A DNA stretch of 64,000 nt. Origin: Amoebophrya sp. A120 (lineage: Eukaryota; Protista; Dinoflagellata). The first letter of the stretch is position 1, and every line of letters starts with the position of its first letter. A model generated the notes under the pieces. It ran no database searches, was not told the DNA's origin, and was given only the letters and a program-made list of their open reading frames with translations. This document shows, in pieces, positions 27,701-41,000 of the stretch. Both the position numbers and the translations under genes were made by a program. Location of the stretch: NCBI GenBank assembly GCA_905178155.1, contig CAJINV010000007.1, positions 4,428,258 through 4,492,257 of the forward strand, written 5' to 3'.

Positions 27701-30700
27701 CCGGAGGCCAGCGAGCTTCCGGCCATATTCGGGGCCCCAGGAGAATTGCTCCTCTGTTGCTGCTGCGCCGCCTGAAAACTTCTGCTCGCGTGGGGCGGGA
27801 TCAAAGTGTCCAAAATCCGGTCTTGCCTGTCGTTTTCCGCGTTCGATTCTGCGAAGTTGTCTTCCTCATCCATCAAATCCGCGTTGTTCAGTACGTCTGA
27901 AGACAAAGTGAAAAAGTCCGCATCCACGTCGCGTTCGTCAACCTGCCCATTGCCGTGGTTTCGACGGTTCTGAGCCAGATTATAGCCAGAGGACCCACCA
28001 CTTCCAGTCCCGTCTTCGTTTTCATCAGAGTCGACATCTTCTGAGTCGGTGTTGTAGTCGGCACCCGCATGATGATCTCCGTCGCTGCTCTCGATCACTT
28101 CCTCAAAAGCCGCGTACTCGATGATGAGCAGCGATATCTGTCCTTCCATCCACACGTAGGTCGGCATCAGACTCGCGAACACCCAGTGGAACCCGTCCAT
28201 CGGGATTCGCAGCCCGTTCACGTTCACCGAGAGCTTCGTCAGCGTCACGCGAGACGACAGACAGTAGTGGAACAATTCCCGTTCCTTCTCGTTGTCCGGA
28301 AATAAATCCTCCGGGGTGAGTTGCGACAGCTGCTTGGAGCCGTTGGGTGCGTATCGTAAAGACACGGTCTTTTTCACCCGCCGGAGAAAGTTGTCGCATT
28401 CGTGCGCCAGATTTTTGTCATCCGGGTCCTGCTCCTGCTGGTTGCTACTACCGCTGCTCCCGACCTGCCTCGTGACCGTGCGCATCAGATAGGGCTGGTT
28501 CATCTTTCTGGACAGCAGAAACAGCGGCAGGGTCGAGAGGAATACGGGGAAGAGGAAAAACCAAGTCAGTTTGCGGAACTGCGTATATCTCCGTTGCCTC
28601 TTGATTTCCTTCTGGATCTGCCGTTCCTTCGCTAGGCTCGTCTCCGAGACGCGACGGCGACGACTACTCGTGTGGGGTGGATGCGTTTCGTGCGGATTGC
28701 CAGGGTTCGAACCCGCGCCAGGAGCCCAGACGCTACTGTCGGAATGAGAGCGGCGCTTGTGGAAACTCTGCCTCATCGCGTCTGCAGTCACTTCAGGAGA
28801 TGCCTTTCTCGAAGATGACAATACCGTGTTGACGTTGTCCGGATGCAGCTGGCGACTGTGGCGGTTGGTCAAGACACTAGCACTAGCAGTGGATCCAGTT
28901 GCGGTTGCGCCGACATCTTCGACTGCTGGCGACATAATTCCTGCAGATTTTTGGACGTGCTCCGCCTGCTGAAGATTCCTAGCTGCGTCATTTTCTGCGC
29001 GGCGGTGTGGATCATCGGGAGAACAGTCTTCGAGCCCGCCGCCCCTACTGCCGTGGTGCGGAAAAGCCTGCGGCGACGCCTTCTGCTTCTTGCTCCCAGA
29101 AATCGACCACGAGTGTCTTCGCGTCGCGCACCTCCGGCGGCGGACATTCGCTGCAAGAAGGCGGCCGCCGCCACTGCGACCTCCGAGTCCTCGTCGCGCA
29201 TCAACATGGTCTGGCGTAGTTTCAACATCTTCTTCTGACACAAGAACATACTCGTCGTGGTCGCTGCTGGCAACTTCTTCGTCGTCGGTTGCGACATCGC
29301 TGTACTCGTCGGACCAGTCGTCGTCAGAAGAGCAGGAAGTGAGAATCGACGACTCGTCGTAGAAACTCGTCGAGGTCGTGAACAACTCTTGTTCTGCTTC
29401 GAACGACTGCTGGTGGAAGGGATGTCGACTTCTACTTCTGCGTTGACGCGGAGGACCTTGTCTGCAGTGCGCGTCACCGCTCTCAGGCGTGTTGCTGGAC
29501 CGAGACATCAAAGACGACCAGGAAATCCGTGACAGCCGCGGCACAATGGTTTCGTTATTTTTTCTCATGCGATCATTCATCATTCTGTTGCGCGAAGAGG
29601 AACAAGAAGAGCTATGGCCACCTCTTTTGCCGTAGCTATTTCCATAATTCGACCGACTTCTCGTTCTCAACTTCAAACCTCGTCCCCCGCTCTTGGAGCC
29701 TCGCCTGGCCGAGCTTTTGGACCTCAACCTGCCGCTTCGCGTCCGGGGGCAGAACTTTTCGACGCAGCAGGCCGGAAGAAAGTATTTAGCGCAAACCAAT
29801 CTCCCGTCGCGTCTGCTCCTGCCACAACAGGTCCTTCTCAAACGCGCCCGGCAGGTTAATCCGGTTCGATTGCAATGCTCCCCGATCACCTTGAACAAGA
29901 GGTAAAAGACAAACGAGAAGAGCATCACGTGCAGGTAGAGAAACGCGATGAATTCGAAGGAAGAAAGTTGTGCGAAGTTCCACCCCTCGTAATACCCCGT
30001 GCGCTTCTCGAACTGGAAAACAGTGGAACTGACGGACCTCTTCTGGTTTTGGGTATTTCGGTTTTGACTCTGCTGGTTTCGCTGCACCGCCGCATTGCCG
30101 TCATTGCTTGCCGGTGCCACTGTGGATCTCAAGTGGTCCTCGCGATCGCCAGCGAGGCGCACAAAGATGTTCTCAATATTCCAGGCGTTTTCACTCACCT
30201 CCAGCACCGCCTCGGCCTCTTCCAGCTTTTGCTCGAAATCCACGAACTTCTCAGTAGCTGGATAGCTTTGTCTGTTCGGATTGCGATTGCTTCCTCGATT
30301 ACGAGCATTATTTCCACCCCTCCGTCTGTGCTGGTGCCTGTTTTGGTTCAAATTTCCATCTCCACCCCCTCCTGCGCGTCTGTGCGGTGGGTGGTTCCTG
30401 GGCAGCACGCCATCGCTTTGCTGCAAAGCGGCGAATTCCGCCTCCTCTTGGTCCTCCTCCACTTCGCTGGCATCAGAAAAGAACATGCTGTTGCGAAGAT
30501 TCGAATCATCATTTTCGGCCCGGCTTCGTGCAGATTCCATGTCGGATTCATCTCCTGGTGCTGAGTCCTCATTTTCATCCTCATGATCGGAGTTGACGTT
30601 CATATCAGTCTCGTCGTTTTCAACCTCACTATCGGAGGCTAACAGACGGAAATTATCTTGCTCCTGTTGTCCATTATTTCTCCTGTTGACCGCCACGCCA

Positions 30701-33700
30701 TCAAATCCGCTACCGAAGTGGTGCTGGTCTGCACTGTCCACCACCTCTTCCTCCACCCCGCCGCGAAACTCGTTTTGCTCCAAATCCTGCCGCAGTCTGG
30801 CGTTCTGCGACACGTCGAAGGGGTAGTATCGGTCGGTCAGATGCCGCACTTTCACCTTCGACTTCAAATGCACAAAAATCCCGGACACCCGCTTCAGCCA
30901 CGGGAAGACGGAGTTGGTGGCAGGAGCGACGTAGCCGCCGCCGCTGTTCGGGTAGTTGCCGGCTGCGTGCTGGTGGCCCGGGCCACCTCCTGCAGCTCCA
31001 GGGTTGAGGGTCTGTTGTTGTCCACCTGGATTACCAGCTGCACCTGCTCCCCCCACAACTCCATTGCCGTTCAACATCTGCGCACTATTCCCATCCTCTA
31101 CAAACTCGAGAGCCGCGTCCTGCAATTTGGTTTCCAGCTCCACGTAGCCGAAACTGGGCGTCAACTGCACATCCTTCACCCGCAACACCTCCACTTCCTG
31201 ATCCTCCGCCGAGAGAAATTGCTCGTTATCCGAATCGTCGTCCTCCGAGTTGTTCATGGAGCTGTTCGAAAAATCGCTGTTTCCTGCTCCAAACGAGCTC
31301 TTCGTCAGCCTGACGCGGTCGGTGAGCGGTTTCAATAACCCCGTGAGCAGTCGGAAGGGCTCGACCACGAACTGATTGTTCAGATTGGCATTCGCGTTTT
31401 GGTGATGATGTCCTTGACCTCCGCCGGCTGCACGGTTAGCGTTATGAATCTGCTGGTGGTGCTGCTGAAAACTGCCTACGCCGTCAAAAGTGTTGAAGTC
31501 GTTAAAATTCTGCTGATGGGAATTATTCAGCACATTGTGCCGCTGTCTCTTGTTCGCGTGCCACACGCGAAGGACTTTGCCGGTACGAGCAGGGGATGAA
31601 GATAAAGACCCCGAAGGTGGAGGAGAAGTACCTCCTTGTTGATTGCCCCGCCCATCATCTACTGCCGGCACTACAGTCGCCTGCTCGTGGTCCAGTAGTG
31701 CCATGTCCAGCGATCCCGCGAGCATCGCAGTCGGCCGGGGGATGTTCAGCAGTGCGTAGTAGGGCTGTTTCACTTCCACCGTCCCGCACGCGTCGCGTTC
31801 CAGCAGAACCACTGCGCCCGTCACAGGATCCACGCTCTCGCACTGCTTCAGGTTCGCGATGGCCCGCACCTGCTTGAAACCCGGACTGATCTTGAATCTT
31901 TCGGAGAGGGTGTAGGCGAGGATGGTTCCAAACCGGACCATCAAGGGCTGGAGCAGCAGATCCAACGTCGGGATGATCGACGAGGCCGCGTTCCCGTCCA
32001 ACAACATTTCGCGCACGAAAAGCGCCACGTGCGGCTTCACGAGCTGCTCCATTTCCGGGGAGGACGTCCCGGAGAGGGTCTGCGCCAACCGGGTCAAGCC
32101 CCCGATCATGGTGTGTGAGGGGTTGATTTTCAGGTGCTCGCAGCGGATATTCTGGATGTCCACAGCCTGGCCACCCTGCGCAATCTCCGCGGACGCGGTG
32201 GTGGATTTGGTAAACAACGGCTTCCCAATCATCGTCCACTGCCAGTTCGGCTCAATCAGCACGTTGGGGTTGAATTTGTACGGCGGCCGGTCCTCGGCCG
32301 AGAGGAATGGGTTTTGCTGGTTCAAATTGTTGTTCGCATTAATACCGCTGATGTTCATCTGTGTCGCTGAGCCACTAGAGTTTCCCTGCAACTTGTACAA
32401 AAACCGGTGCGCCACGGCGTTGGATCCCGCCTTTGGGTGTCGCGACGGGAAGACCAAGTGTCGGTCGCGCAGCGGGCGGGTGGTCGGGGTCCTCGTAGTA
32501 GGAGTTGCACTACTCTGCTCTCCTCCAAACGCACTATTCCTGTTCCCGCTGGTCCGGGTTGTCGACGACATGAGCCTCTTGGCCACCAACTTCCGGTGGA
32601 ACTCTTCCTCCACCAGCGTCCGGCTGGCGCGAAAGCCCAGCGCGAAGTGAAAGTGCGGGAGCTGGATTTTCTCCACCAGCCCCGACCGGACGCACAGGAA
32701 GCCGGGGACCTTGGTCCAGACATCGGACAGAACGAGGTTTTTGATCCCGACCCCAGCCTCCTTCAAGTCTCCCTCGACGACCAGGTCGCCCAAATCCGTC
32801 TGGGATAGGCCGAACTCAAATTTCCCCTTTGTCAAATACAGCCTTTGGAGCGCGACAACGTCCAAAACCAAGTCATAGTCGCTGAAATCGTCTTCGGGAG
32901 GGTCGCTGGCGGGCGCTGGGGATTGCGAAGGGGGCGTCGCGGGCTGTAGTTGACTTGATGTTGATGTCCCTCCCTCTGCAGGAGGTGGTTGAGAAGACGG
33001 CGCCTGCGGCTGTGGTTGCTGATGTGTAGTTGACGTTGCAAGAGGTGTATTGGTTGGGGCTATACTGGGTGGGACTGAGCTACCTGGCTGCGCGGACTGC
33101 GCTGGCGGTGCTCCGGAGGTTGCTGCAGAATTGGTCCCTGACCCTGCTGCGTTCGCTCCGCCACTTGCTCCGGCTGCGGCACCTGTCGTGCCCTCTGCCG
33201 CCGAGGATGCTGGAGTTGTTCGTCCTGTGCCCGCACTACTAGCACCAGCAGGAGCTGCTACACCTGCTACACTCCCCGCCGCGCCACCAGAAGCCGCACC
33301 TCCTCCATTGGACGATGACCTGTTCAACACCCGCGTCTGCAGCCACTGCGCTGCCGTCCGGACCGCTTCCAGAAAGGGTCGGATCCGCTGCAGCATGCTG
33401 TTGCCCGCGGCGTTCGCGGTCCCCGCGAGCAGCGTGCTCAGTTCGGAGATGATCCAACCCGGGGCGTTCTGCACGGTCACTTGCTGCGAGGCGTGGTCGA
33501 AATTTCCGAACAGGCCGGGGCGCTTTCCCCGGTGCTCCCCGACGATCGGGAACACTCGGTCCGCAGTGCGCGCCTTGTCGCAGGTTTGCTGCTCGCTCTG
33601 CCACAGGTAGTGCTCGTAGGACAAGTCGTAGTTGACGCCCAACAGCTTCATCGCGCCCTCCGAGTCGAAGCCTTCCTCGTCGGTGCGGGCAAATTCGATG

Positions 33701-35520
33701 AACCGGTTGCGCCGCCCGCAAATGCTCTGGTCGCCGAACACGGTCACGCAAAAATCCCGGTCCCCGCGGAGGAAAGCGGGGTCCGTGTTTTGCGGAGTTT
33801 GGGCGGGAGAGGCAGATGACGTAGAAGGAGCTCCCCCGCCGGCAGGTGTAGGTGTTGTCGTTCTTGTGGAGGAAGAAGTACTACTAATAGACGACCGTGC
33901 TCCTGTCGCCGATGTTGCACTAGTACCTCCCTGTTGCTGCTGTTGGAACGGGTCGTTGCCGTTCGCCCACGGGTTCTGGCCCCGGAGCAGCTGCGTGACG
34001 ATGCTGTTAACCGGGTCCCGGTAGCTGGACAGGAAGTGGCCCCCGGCGAGCAGCACCTGCGACAAGAGGCCGAACTGCGGGTCTTGCCGCGCTTCGCCGG
34101 TCGCGCGCCGGCGCAGCTCGCGCAGCGAGTCGGAGTCGTGGGGGGCGAGCATGGGGGAGTCCGCCTGTAGGGTTTCGTCGCAAATCACTTTGGGCTCCTC
34201 GTACCCCTGCAACACGCGGGAATACTCAACCGGGACGGGGCGGTTCTGTTTTTTATGAGAGTGCATAAAGTTGTTTTGCAAAAAAGTATACTTTTGGCAG
34301 AAGATGATGAAAATGCTGAAGAGGTGGTAGAAATTGATGTCGCGCTTATTCCCCGACAGCCTTCGGAAAATCAAACCAATCTCCTCTGCCAGAGGCGAGT
34401 TGTCTGACTGTCACACTCACAGGCACGTGCAGCTGTACTGACTCCCAACCTTAACATGAATGTGATTGTGAAGCAGAAGTGCACAACCACAAAAGATCAA
34501 AGAGCATGAGCATTCAGGCAAAACAAAGACAATCCTTCTTCAAACTACCCACTCACGACTTACCTTCAATTTGACCTTTCGTTCGTTCGTGACGGGATCA
34601 CGAAACACGTTCTCGACCGTAAACCCAGTCACCCAGTTATCGTGCGCCAGCGGATCCCGCACCCACACATTGTCGTTCGCCGCGAGCGCCTTCCGACTTC
34701 CCCAGTAGCACAAGGGAAGCAACGGCGGAATGGCTTCCATCACACACTTAGCGACTTTTAGAACCATGCGCGACAGCAGCCACAAACTCCCGAAGCCCAT
34801 CCGGTCAGGGAGGGAAAAGCCGGCTCTACTAGTTCCGCTTGTGCTTGTTGATGTCGCGCCAGGCGTACTGGCTGCAGGAGGGTTTTCCCCACTTCCATTG
34901 CTCCCGCCGTCTCTATGATTCCCGCCGAACACACGTGCAAAGCCCTGCAGCAGTTCCCGCATCGCGTTGCCGCTATCCCGTCGCATGCACCGTGCGAAAG
35001 TGGACTGCCACACGCCGGAAGTCGACCCTGCCACGTTGCGCGCTGCCTGGGCAACCCCTCGGCCCGCTTGCCCCGTTGCCGCTCCCATGGCGCCCGCGCG
35101 CAGCCGCGGGAGTCCAACTCGTCGCAAGAAGCCGAACAAAGAGGTCCATGATCGAGCAGGAGTTGGGGTGGGGCCATTTGAACCAACTGCTCCCTGCGCA
35201 GTGGTTGCTCCTCCTGGGGACTGCTGCTGTGGACCCGTTGCTGTTGCATCTCCGGGTTGTTGAGGTGGCTGCGCATTTGACGTCGTCGGGGACGATGATC
35301 CACCCATAGAAGCTCCACCAACGCCTCCACCTCCAGCGGGTGCTGCAGGCGAAGCTCCTGTGCTCGGCGGCGGGGTCGCCGGCGCCGGTACTGTTGCTCC
35401 ATGACTTGCGAGCGTGTGCTCCACGTAGCTGGTACTGGTGATACAAAAGAGAAGCAGCAGCAGGATCCCACGAAAGGGCAGCATCGAGTTTTTACTGGTG
35501 GTGCAACAACCGGCGCTCAT
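21709..35520 (-). CDS. Giant (~4,540 aa) predicted membrane protein of unknown function; exons 35520-34564, 34383-21709
   Basis: 326-aa and 4221-aa ORFs joined in phase 0 by a GTAAGT...AG intron (34384-34563). Signal-like GILLLLLFCIT; TM-like FIAFLYLHVMLFSFVFYLLF and WFFLFPVFLSTLPLFLL. Globular blocks alternate with low-complexity linkers. Confidence 0.8.
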
Positions 35521-36264
35521 AGTACAAGAGCTCCTCGGAAGAGATGAATCTTCGAAATTCCGCGTCCGGATCTATAATTCCCAACAGCTCCACCACGTGC
35601 TGTCCTTCGTTAGTTCACTCAGAATCTAGTCAGTGTCTGGAGGGGGTTGCGCCGGTTTTTCGGTGACGTCGGTTTCCTGCGAACTGGTACTTCTTGAGAT
35701 GCCCATTGAAGAAAGAGGCTGCGGTGCGATCGACGAGTAACTTGTGTCCCAAGTCGCAGATGTCCACCACAAATGAGATATGGCCCGGCGCATGCTGCTT
35801 CTTCTTCAGAAAATCAGATATTCGAGCTCGGGGAAAATTGGAAATAAAAATATACAAATGTCGATCGGACAACACAATTTCAAGTTAAATCGAAATCGAA
35901 AACGCGATCGACGCGATTGGGCCAAGGGGAATAAAAATATCACACAACCTTCAAGTCAATTTCAAAAACGTACTATAGTGAACAACCACTATTACCAAAA
36001 CCAATTCCAATAGATCACGATTCAGCTACAGAGAACATAAAAAACCGGACAATGACTATGATGCTCATACTGGCTACACATATTCTTCAGCAGCTCTCGG
36101 CCCAACTAACCGTCCTGTCTATTTTGAGTTTTCTTCTTTGTATCAACCGTGATTTTTACTTTTTCGTCGTTCTTCATCGTCATGATGATGATAGCGATGC
36201 CTTGGATAACATCATTATTTGGATCCGATCACAAGAGATTTTTTCTTCCGAAATTATGACTTTT

Positions 36265-37480
36265 TCAAGATCCATCTGCATGAATACGATTTGCAGACTT
36301 TTGTGTTGTAGTCCGTGCGGTATTTTCTTGATCTTCTGTCTCTGTCTGCCTCTTCAGGTCTATCTTTGATGGGGATCCTGCATGTAGAGCATGCGCACTG
36401 GCACAAGCGGAGTGCCTAATCATGTTCATTTGTAAGCTGCAAATCTTGGTATCACACTTGACTTGCTGCTACTTGATCCACAAGGTGTGTGATCGTGAAG
36501 ATTTTTGCGGATCCGCTTGGTCATGCGTATTCTTTGTCGAAGCACCTCAACACGAGGGGCGGAAATGTAGTCAGAGTGTACCCTGTATCCGGAGGACCAG
36601 AGGCAAGAACGGTTGCTTTTTTGATCTCAGCACTTTTCGACCACCTGCCAGCCTAAGAACCACCCTGAAGCGAAGAATCTAGACCGACGTTTGGGATTGC
36701 TCGTAGTACTTTCTTACTACTAAGCTGCTACTGGTACTGTTATCGTGTTTTTTTTTCGTCGAAACAATCATTGTACAAAGCATTTTACTATCTTCATTCA
36801 TCTTCGGCATCAAGTTGTGCAATAAATCGGTACCTCCTTCTGCTCTTTGGTGACTCTGACCACAATACGATCATAACCATCCTGCCTTGCTGAGTCACTG
36901 AAATTCAACACTGAACGCTTCTTACGAATTATCCAGGAAAAAAAACCCATCATTTTTTGCTATTTTTTCATCTAAAAAATGAACCATTTTTTTCAAAAAG
37001 TTTTCAGGTTTGTGCGGATAGGCTTCTCAAAATATCTATGTCAAAATGATCTAGCTAAAGTGGCGTCGTTAACAGGCACAGAAGGAAGATATCAAACTAG
37101 CTAGGTGCAAAGCAAAACACTCGCAGCTGATGACGGGTCGCAGATCTCGCACAAGTCCTCCTCGCAGGCGCAGATCGCCGCTGGCCCCATGTGGGGCCAG
37201 CGAAGGTCAAATCGACGAGACCAGCCTTCTCCTCGGTTCTGTACTTGGTCGCGCGGCGTATCTCGCTTGGGCCTAGCTAGCTTAAAATCATCTAGTGATA
37301 CTATGTGCCATGGACGCCACTAGCTAGTTGCGTTAGTTACATTTCTTCACGTGCATCATGCGAAAATAATTTTAGAATTTATTTTTTTTTTCATTTTTTT
37401 TCAGGGTTTTTTTGCATAAAAAAAACAGCAAAATGGATGTGGATGGGTTTTTTTTTCTGGATACGAATGTGGAGCACCAT
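36265..37480 (-). CDS. Possible small multi-exon gene spanning the 36930-37463 element
   Basis: Removing the element plus one TSD gives an open frame MVLHIR-KKRSV...EQKE ending at GAG|GTAC. Two further phase-compatible GT-AG exons can be built. No homology support. Confidence 0.25.
36930..37463. mobile_element. 534-bp foldback MITE, TAT...ATA type
   Basis: TIR TATCCAGGAAAAAAAACCCATC / GATGGG(T)nCTGGATA. Perfect TSD CGAAT (36925-36929 / 37464-37468). Further internal inverted blocks (CTAGCTAAAGTGGCGTC vs GACGCCACTAGCTAG). Confidence 0.92.
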
Positions 37481-38076
37481 ACTGGCTGCTTGTACTGCAA
37501 GGGGGTCTTTCTACTTCCAAGAGTAGGCGCAAGTCAAATTTTTACAAACCGAAATAAGCAATAAATGTGAGCAGCAGGCCACCGGCAGTGCCTGTGCTGG
37601 TCATCGATCTACCTAGGTAAAAGTCGATGCCTTCTAAGTCTAACTTCAATTTTGAATTGGTGCTTTCTGTTCTAGATATTCTACAATTACAATGAGAAAC
37701 CGGTACCAGAGAGGATGACGACGAGATGTCCTAAATTATTGGAATTTAATGTCTGGAAGTGACTTCGTGTTCTAAAAAACTGAAATTCATCCGAGCTAAA
37801 TTAATACTTAACTGCAGACACGGCAAGGGTGGCTGTGGTCCAGAGCACAAGAAGTGCATGGATTAAATAACCGCATGCAAGAAAAAAGTTACGAGCAAAA
37901 GGAAGCATGATTAATCTTAATGATGAAATTGAAAGATTGATAGACTTCGACGACGAGGCCGGGTGGATAGCCGGACCTGAAAAAAAATGAAAGACGAAAC
38001 CCTTCGAACAAGTAGACAACGAAACTTCTACGGTGATTTCTAGCCGTCTTGACTCACTGCTGGTATATATACTTTG

Positions 38077-41000
38077 TTACAAGAATGAGGTGGTTGCTGA
38101 AGCTGTCGCCACAGGAGCGGCCGTTCCTGCCTCACCACCGGCTTCTTGCGAGGTTGTGGATGTAGCAGTACTACCATCTTCGCTGGTCGTTGTTGAGTCC
38201 GAGGTTGTGGCGGTGAGGTTTGAAGACGACCCAGTAATTTCTTCCAGTCCCATCTCGATCGTTGCGTACGAGGCCAGCTGGGCGATCCTCGTTGCAAAGG
38301 GCCACGAAATGTTGTCCAGCGTGTCGTCGATTGTGTGCCCAAATTTGGCCTCCGCATCCTAATATGCATGACAAACTGTTCTCAACTATCTCGAAGAGAA
38401 AAAAATAGTTTTGATGGCAAGCCTCATTGGTTTCATTTGGGTCTTCTGGGCGATACATCACGAATCTGTATCGCATAAACAGAAAACCAAAACGAGGATC
38501 CGTCGTTTTCTGTTTGCGACCTCCGTCGGAGGTCGCAATATTTCGTGCAATCTTATGTCAGGTGAGGCTTATCCTCTAAGCAGGGCCGAGGCCGTGATGA
38601 TAGAATGAAATAAAGCTGCATGATCGACGTGCAACAAGCATCTTCGTTCTGCCTACATATGCCAGACTTGTTGTTCGAGACAGGGAGGAGATTAATTTGC
38701 GCTGCATACCAGGTTGTCGCGCTCGATGAGAAGAACCGCCGGGAAGTGGTGATTCAGCATGGAGATGTGGTCGGAACCGAAGCCGTGGTAGTTGACGGAC
38801 AGGTCCAGCTTCGAGGGGTCGTCGTGCGACACGATGCGCTTCGAAAGTTCGCCTAGAAGGTTCACCAGGTGCTGCTGGGGTTGCTTGGTGTGGTCCAGGC
38901 TGGGGTCCGGGTACTCGCCCTTCGTTTCGAAAATCAGACCGGTCGGACCACTCGGAGTCTTCTGGTAACCAACCTGGAGAGAATCGTTTTGTATGTTTAA
39001 TAATATCGGAATGTTTATTCTTCATCAACACATGTTATACTGACACGAAGAACAATTCCAAAAACGATCATGCGGAAACGCAATGCTAAACGAATTTGTT
39101 TCTCTTTTGCAGATCTCCCTTGTCGCTGACTCACAATACTACCTGGTCCATAATCAAGGCCTGGTAGACGGATTTTTTCTGCTCCTGCAATTTCTCTGCA
39201 AAAGCCGCACTACCGTACAGCCCCTCCTCCTCAGCGCTGAAGGCCACGAAGTAGATGGGTATGGAACAGGAAAGATAAATCGCAATCGAATCGTATTAAC
39301 CAATGCGCGTAAACTAAATCCATTTTCATTTTTTTTTCATTTCTCGTCCTCGTGTCTGAGGTAGGTTTACTCAACTTACTACGGAGGAAGGGAAAAATAT
39401 CACATTTCGACTGCTAAACTAACGATACTTAGCAAATCATGGGCATTCTTTCTACTCGCAAGATACAAGAGCTTAAACTTCCTAGAAGTTTCTGTCATTG
39501 CGCGGCCAGTGCCCTGTTAATACAAAAGACATGCAGCGACACACTGGGTTTGAATTTCATTGCGTGCGGTTTTTCCCGTGGCGATACTCGGTCGGTTTGG
39601 TGCCGTTTGCGCTTTCTCGAAGTACTTCGTAGCCTTTTCGGCGGCGATCAGCATTGCTGTGTGGTTTTATTTCAAAGTTGACGCGATTCTCATTTCCGGA
39701 ATAGATCACTCAGACAATGATATTGTGACACTAAGGGTCAGGAAGAGACTAATAGAATACTTTACGCTAATTTAATTTTCTGTACATGCCACTCCACTGG
39801 CATTGTCGTCGGCACCGGGGGCGATTTGTCCGAAAGGACGGCTGTCGTAATGGGCCCCGACCGCAATGATCGGCTGATTTTCGTTACCGCTCTTCGCCTT
39901 CAGCTCGGCAACGACGTTGTAGCACTTTACGCCGGAGTATGAGAGTACTTAAATCCACCTCCCCTTGTTGTTCCCTTCATTTGAACGGCTCGGCAGCATA
40001 CTGTTTCACAACATGAGTCACCAACCGCTTCTTGACACATTCACTTGCACGACCCGGCGTGTGCTAGCCTTTGCCTTGTTCATCCGAACCGACTGAAAAG
40101 TAGATGTGCTGCTAGAAATAGCGAGAGTGATGAAGAGTGGACGATTTCGATAGTTCTTTGGCTTTGCTATCTTGCATATACCTTCAACTCAAGAAGACAG
40201 CGGGGTAAAAAGGGGGCGAATTCTTGCACTCTCATACGGAGCAGTCGAACTCCTCCTCGCGCACGTCCAAATTCGGCAATTTTTCCGGGATATCGCACAA
40301 AAAGCATGCTTCTCGTGTAAACATGTATGACTTTGCAGGATCTGCATCACAAGTTAAAGTCTCGCTTCACATGACAAAGAATAAGATCTGCCATACGTGC
40401 TTTCCAAGAGAGAAAGACAGCACGGCTCAAATATGCATTTTTGCATGATACTATTCGAAGTTTACAGTGCAGAAACGCTACGTTTTTTCTATCCATACAG
40501 GTAGGCCTTGATGTATTCCCGGGCCTTCTTGTTTCCGTCGTTCTCGATGTAGCGCGATTCCTGGTTGTTGACGAATTCGGTGAGTAGGCCTTTGTACTCC
40601 GCCTCTGGCAGGGATGGTACGCTGATCAGGCTTGGCGTTACTTGTGACAAATCCTCCGTCGAGACAAACGCCTCCAGCTGCTCGACGATTTTCGAGTGTC
40701 GACGCGTGATTTTTTTGCTCTTCTCGACGGCCGCTTTCTGTTCTTGTTGTGCAGTGGACTGGCTTTTTTCCACCTGCGCCGATGCGTTCTCGTTCATCTT
40801 TTGCAGCTTCTGAGCTTGTCTTTGCTTGGTAATTTTTCCCACCTTGCTGTAGTTCAGCTTTAAAGACGATGAGGAAGCAATGGCCGTCTGCCCGTTGCTC
40901 GACGTCTTGCTGGTAGATGAAGCGGTAGCGGTGCCGACATTGACTTTGGACGCCGCGAGCTTCTTCTTTTGCAGTAACTGCAGGGTAGATGAAGTGGATG

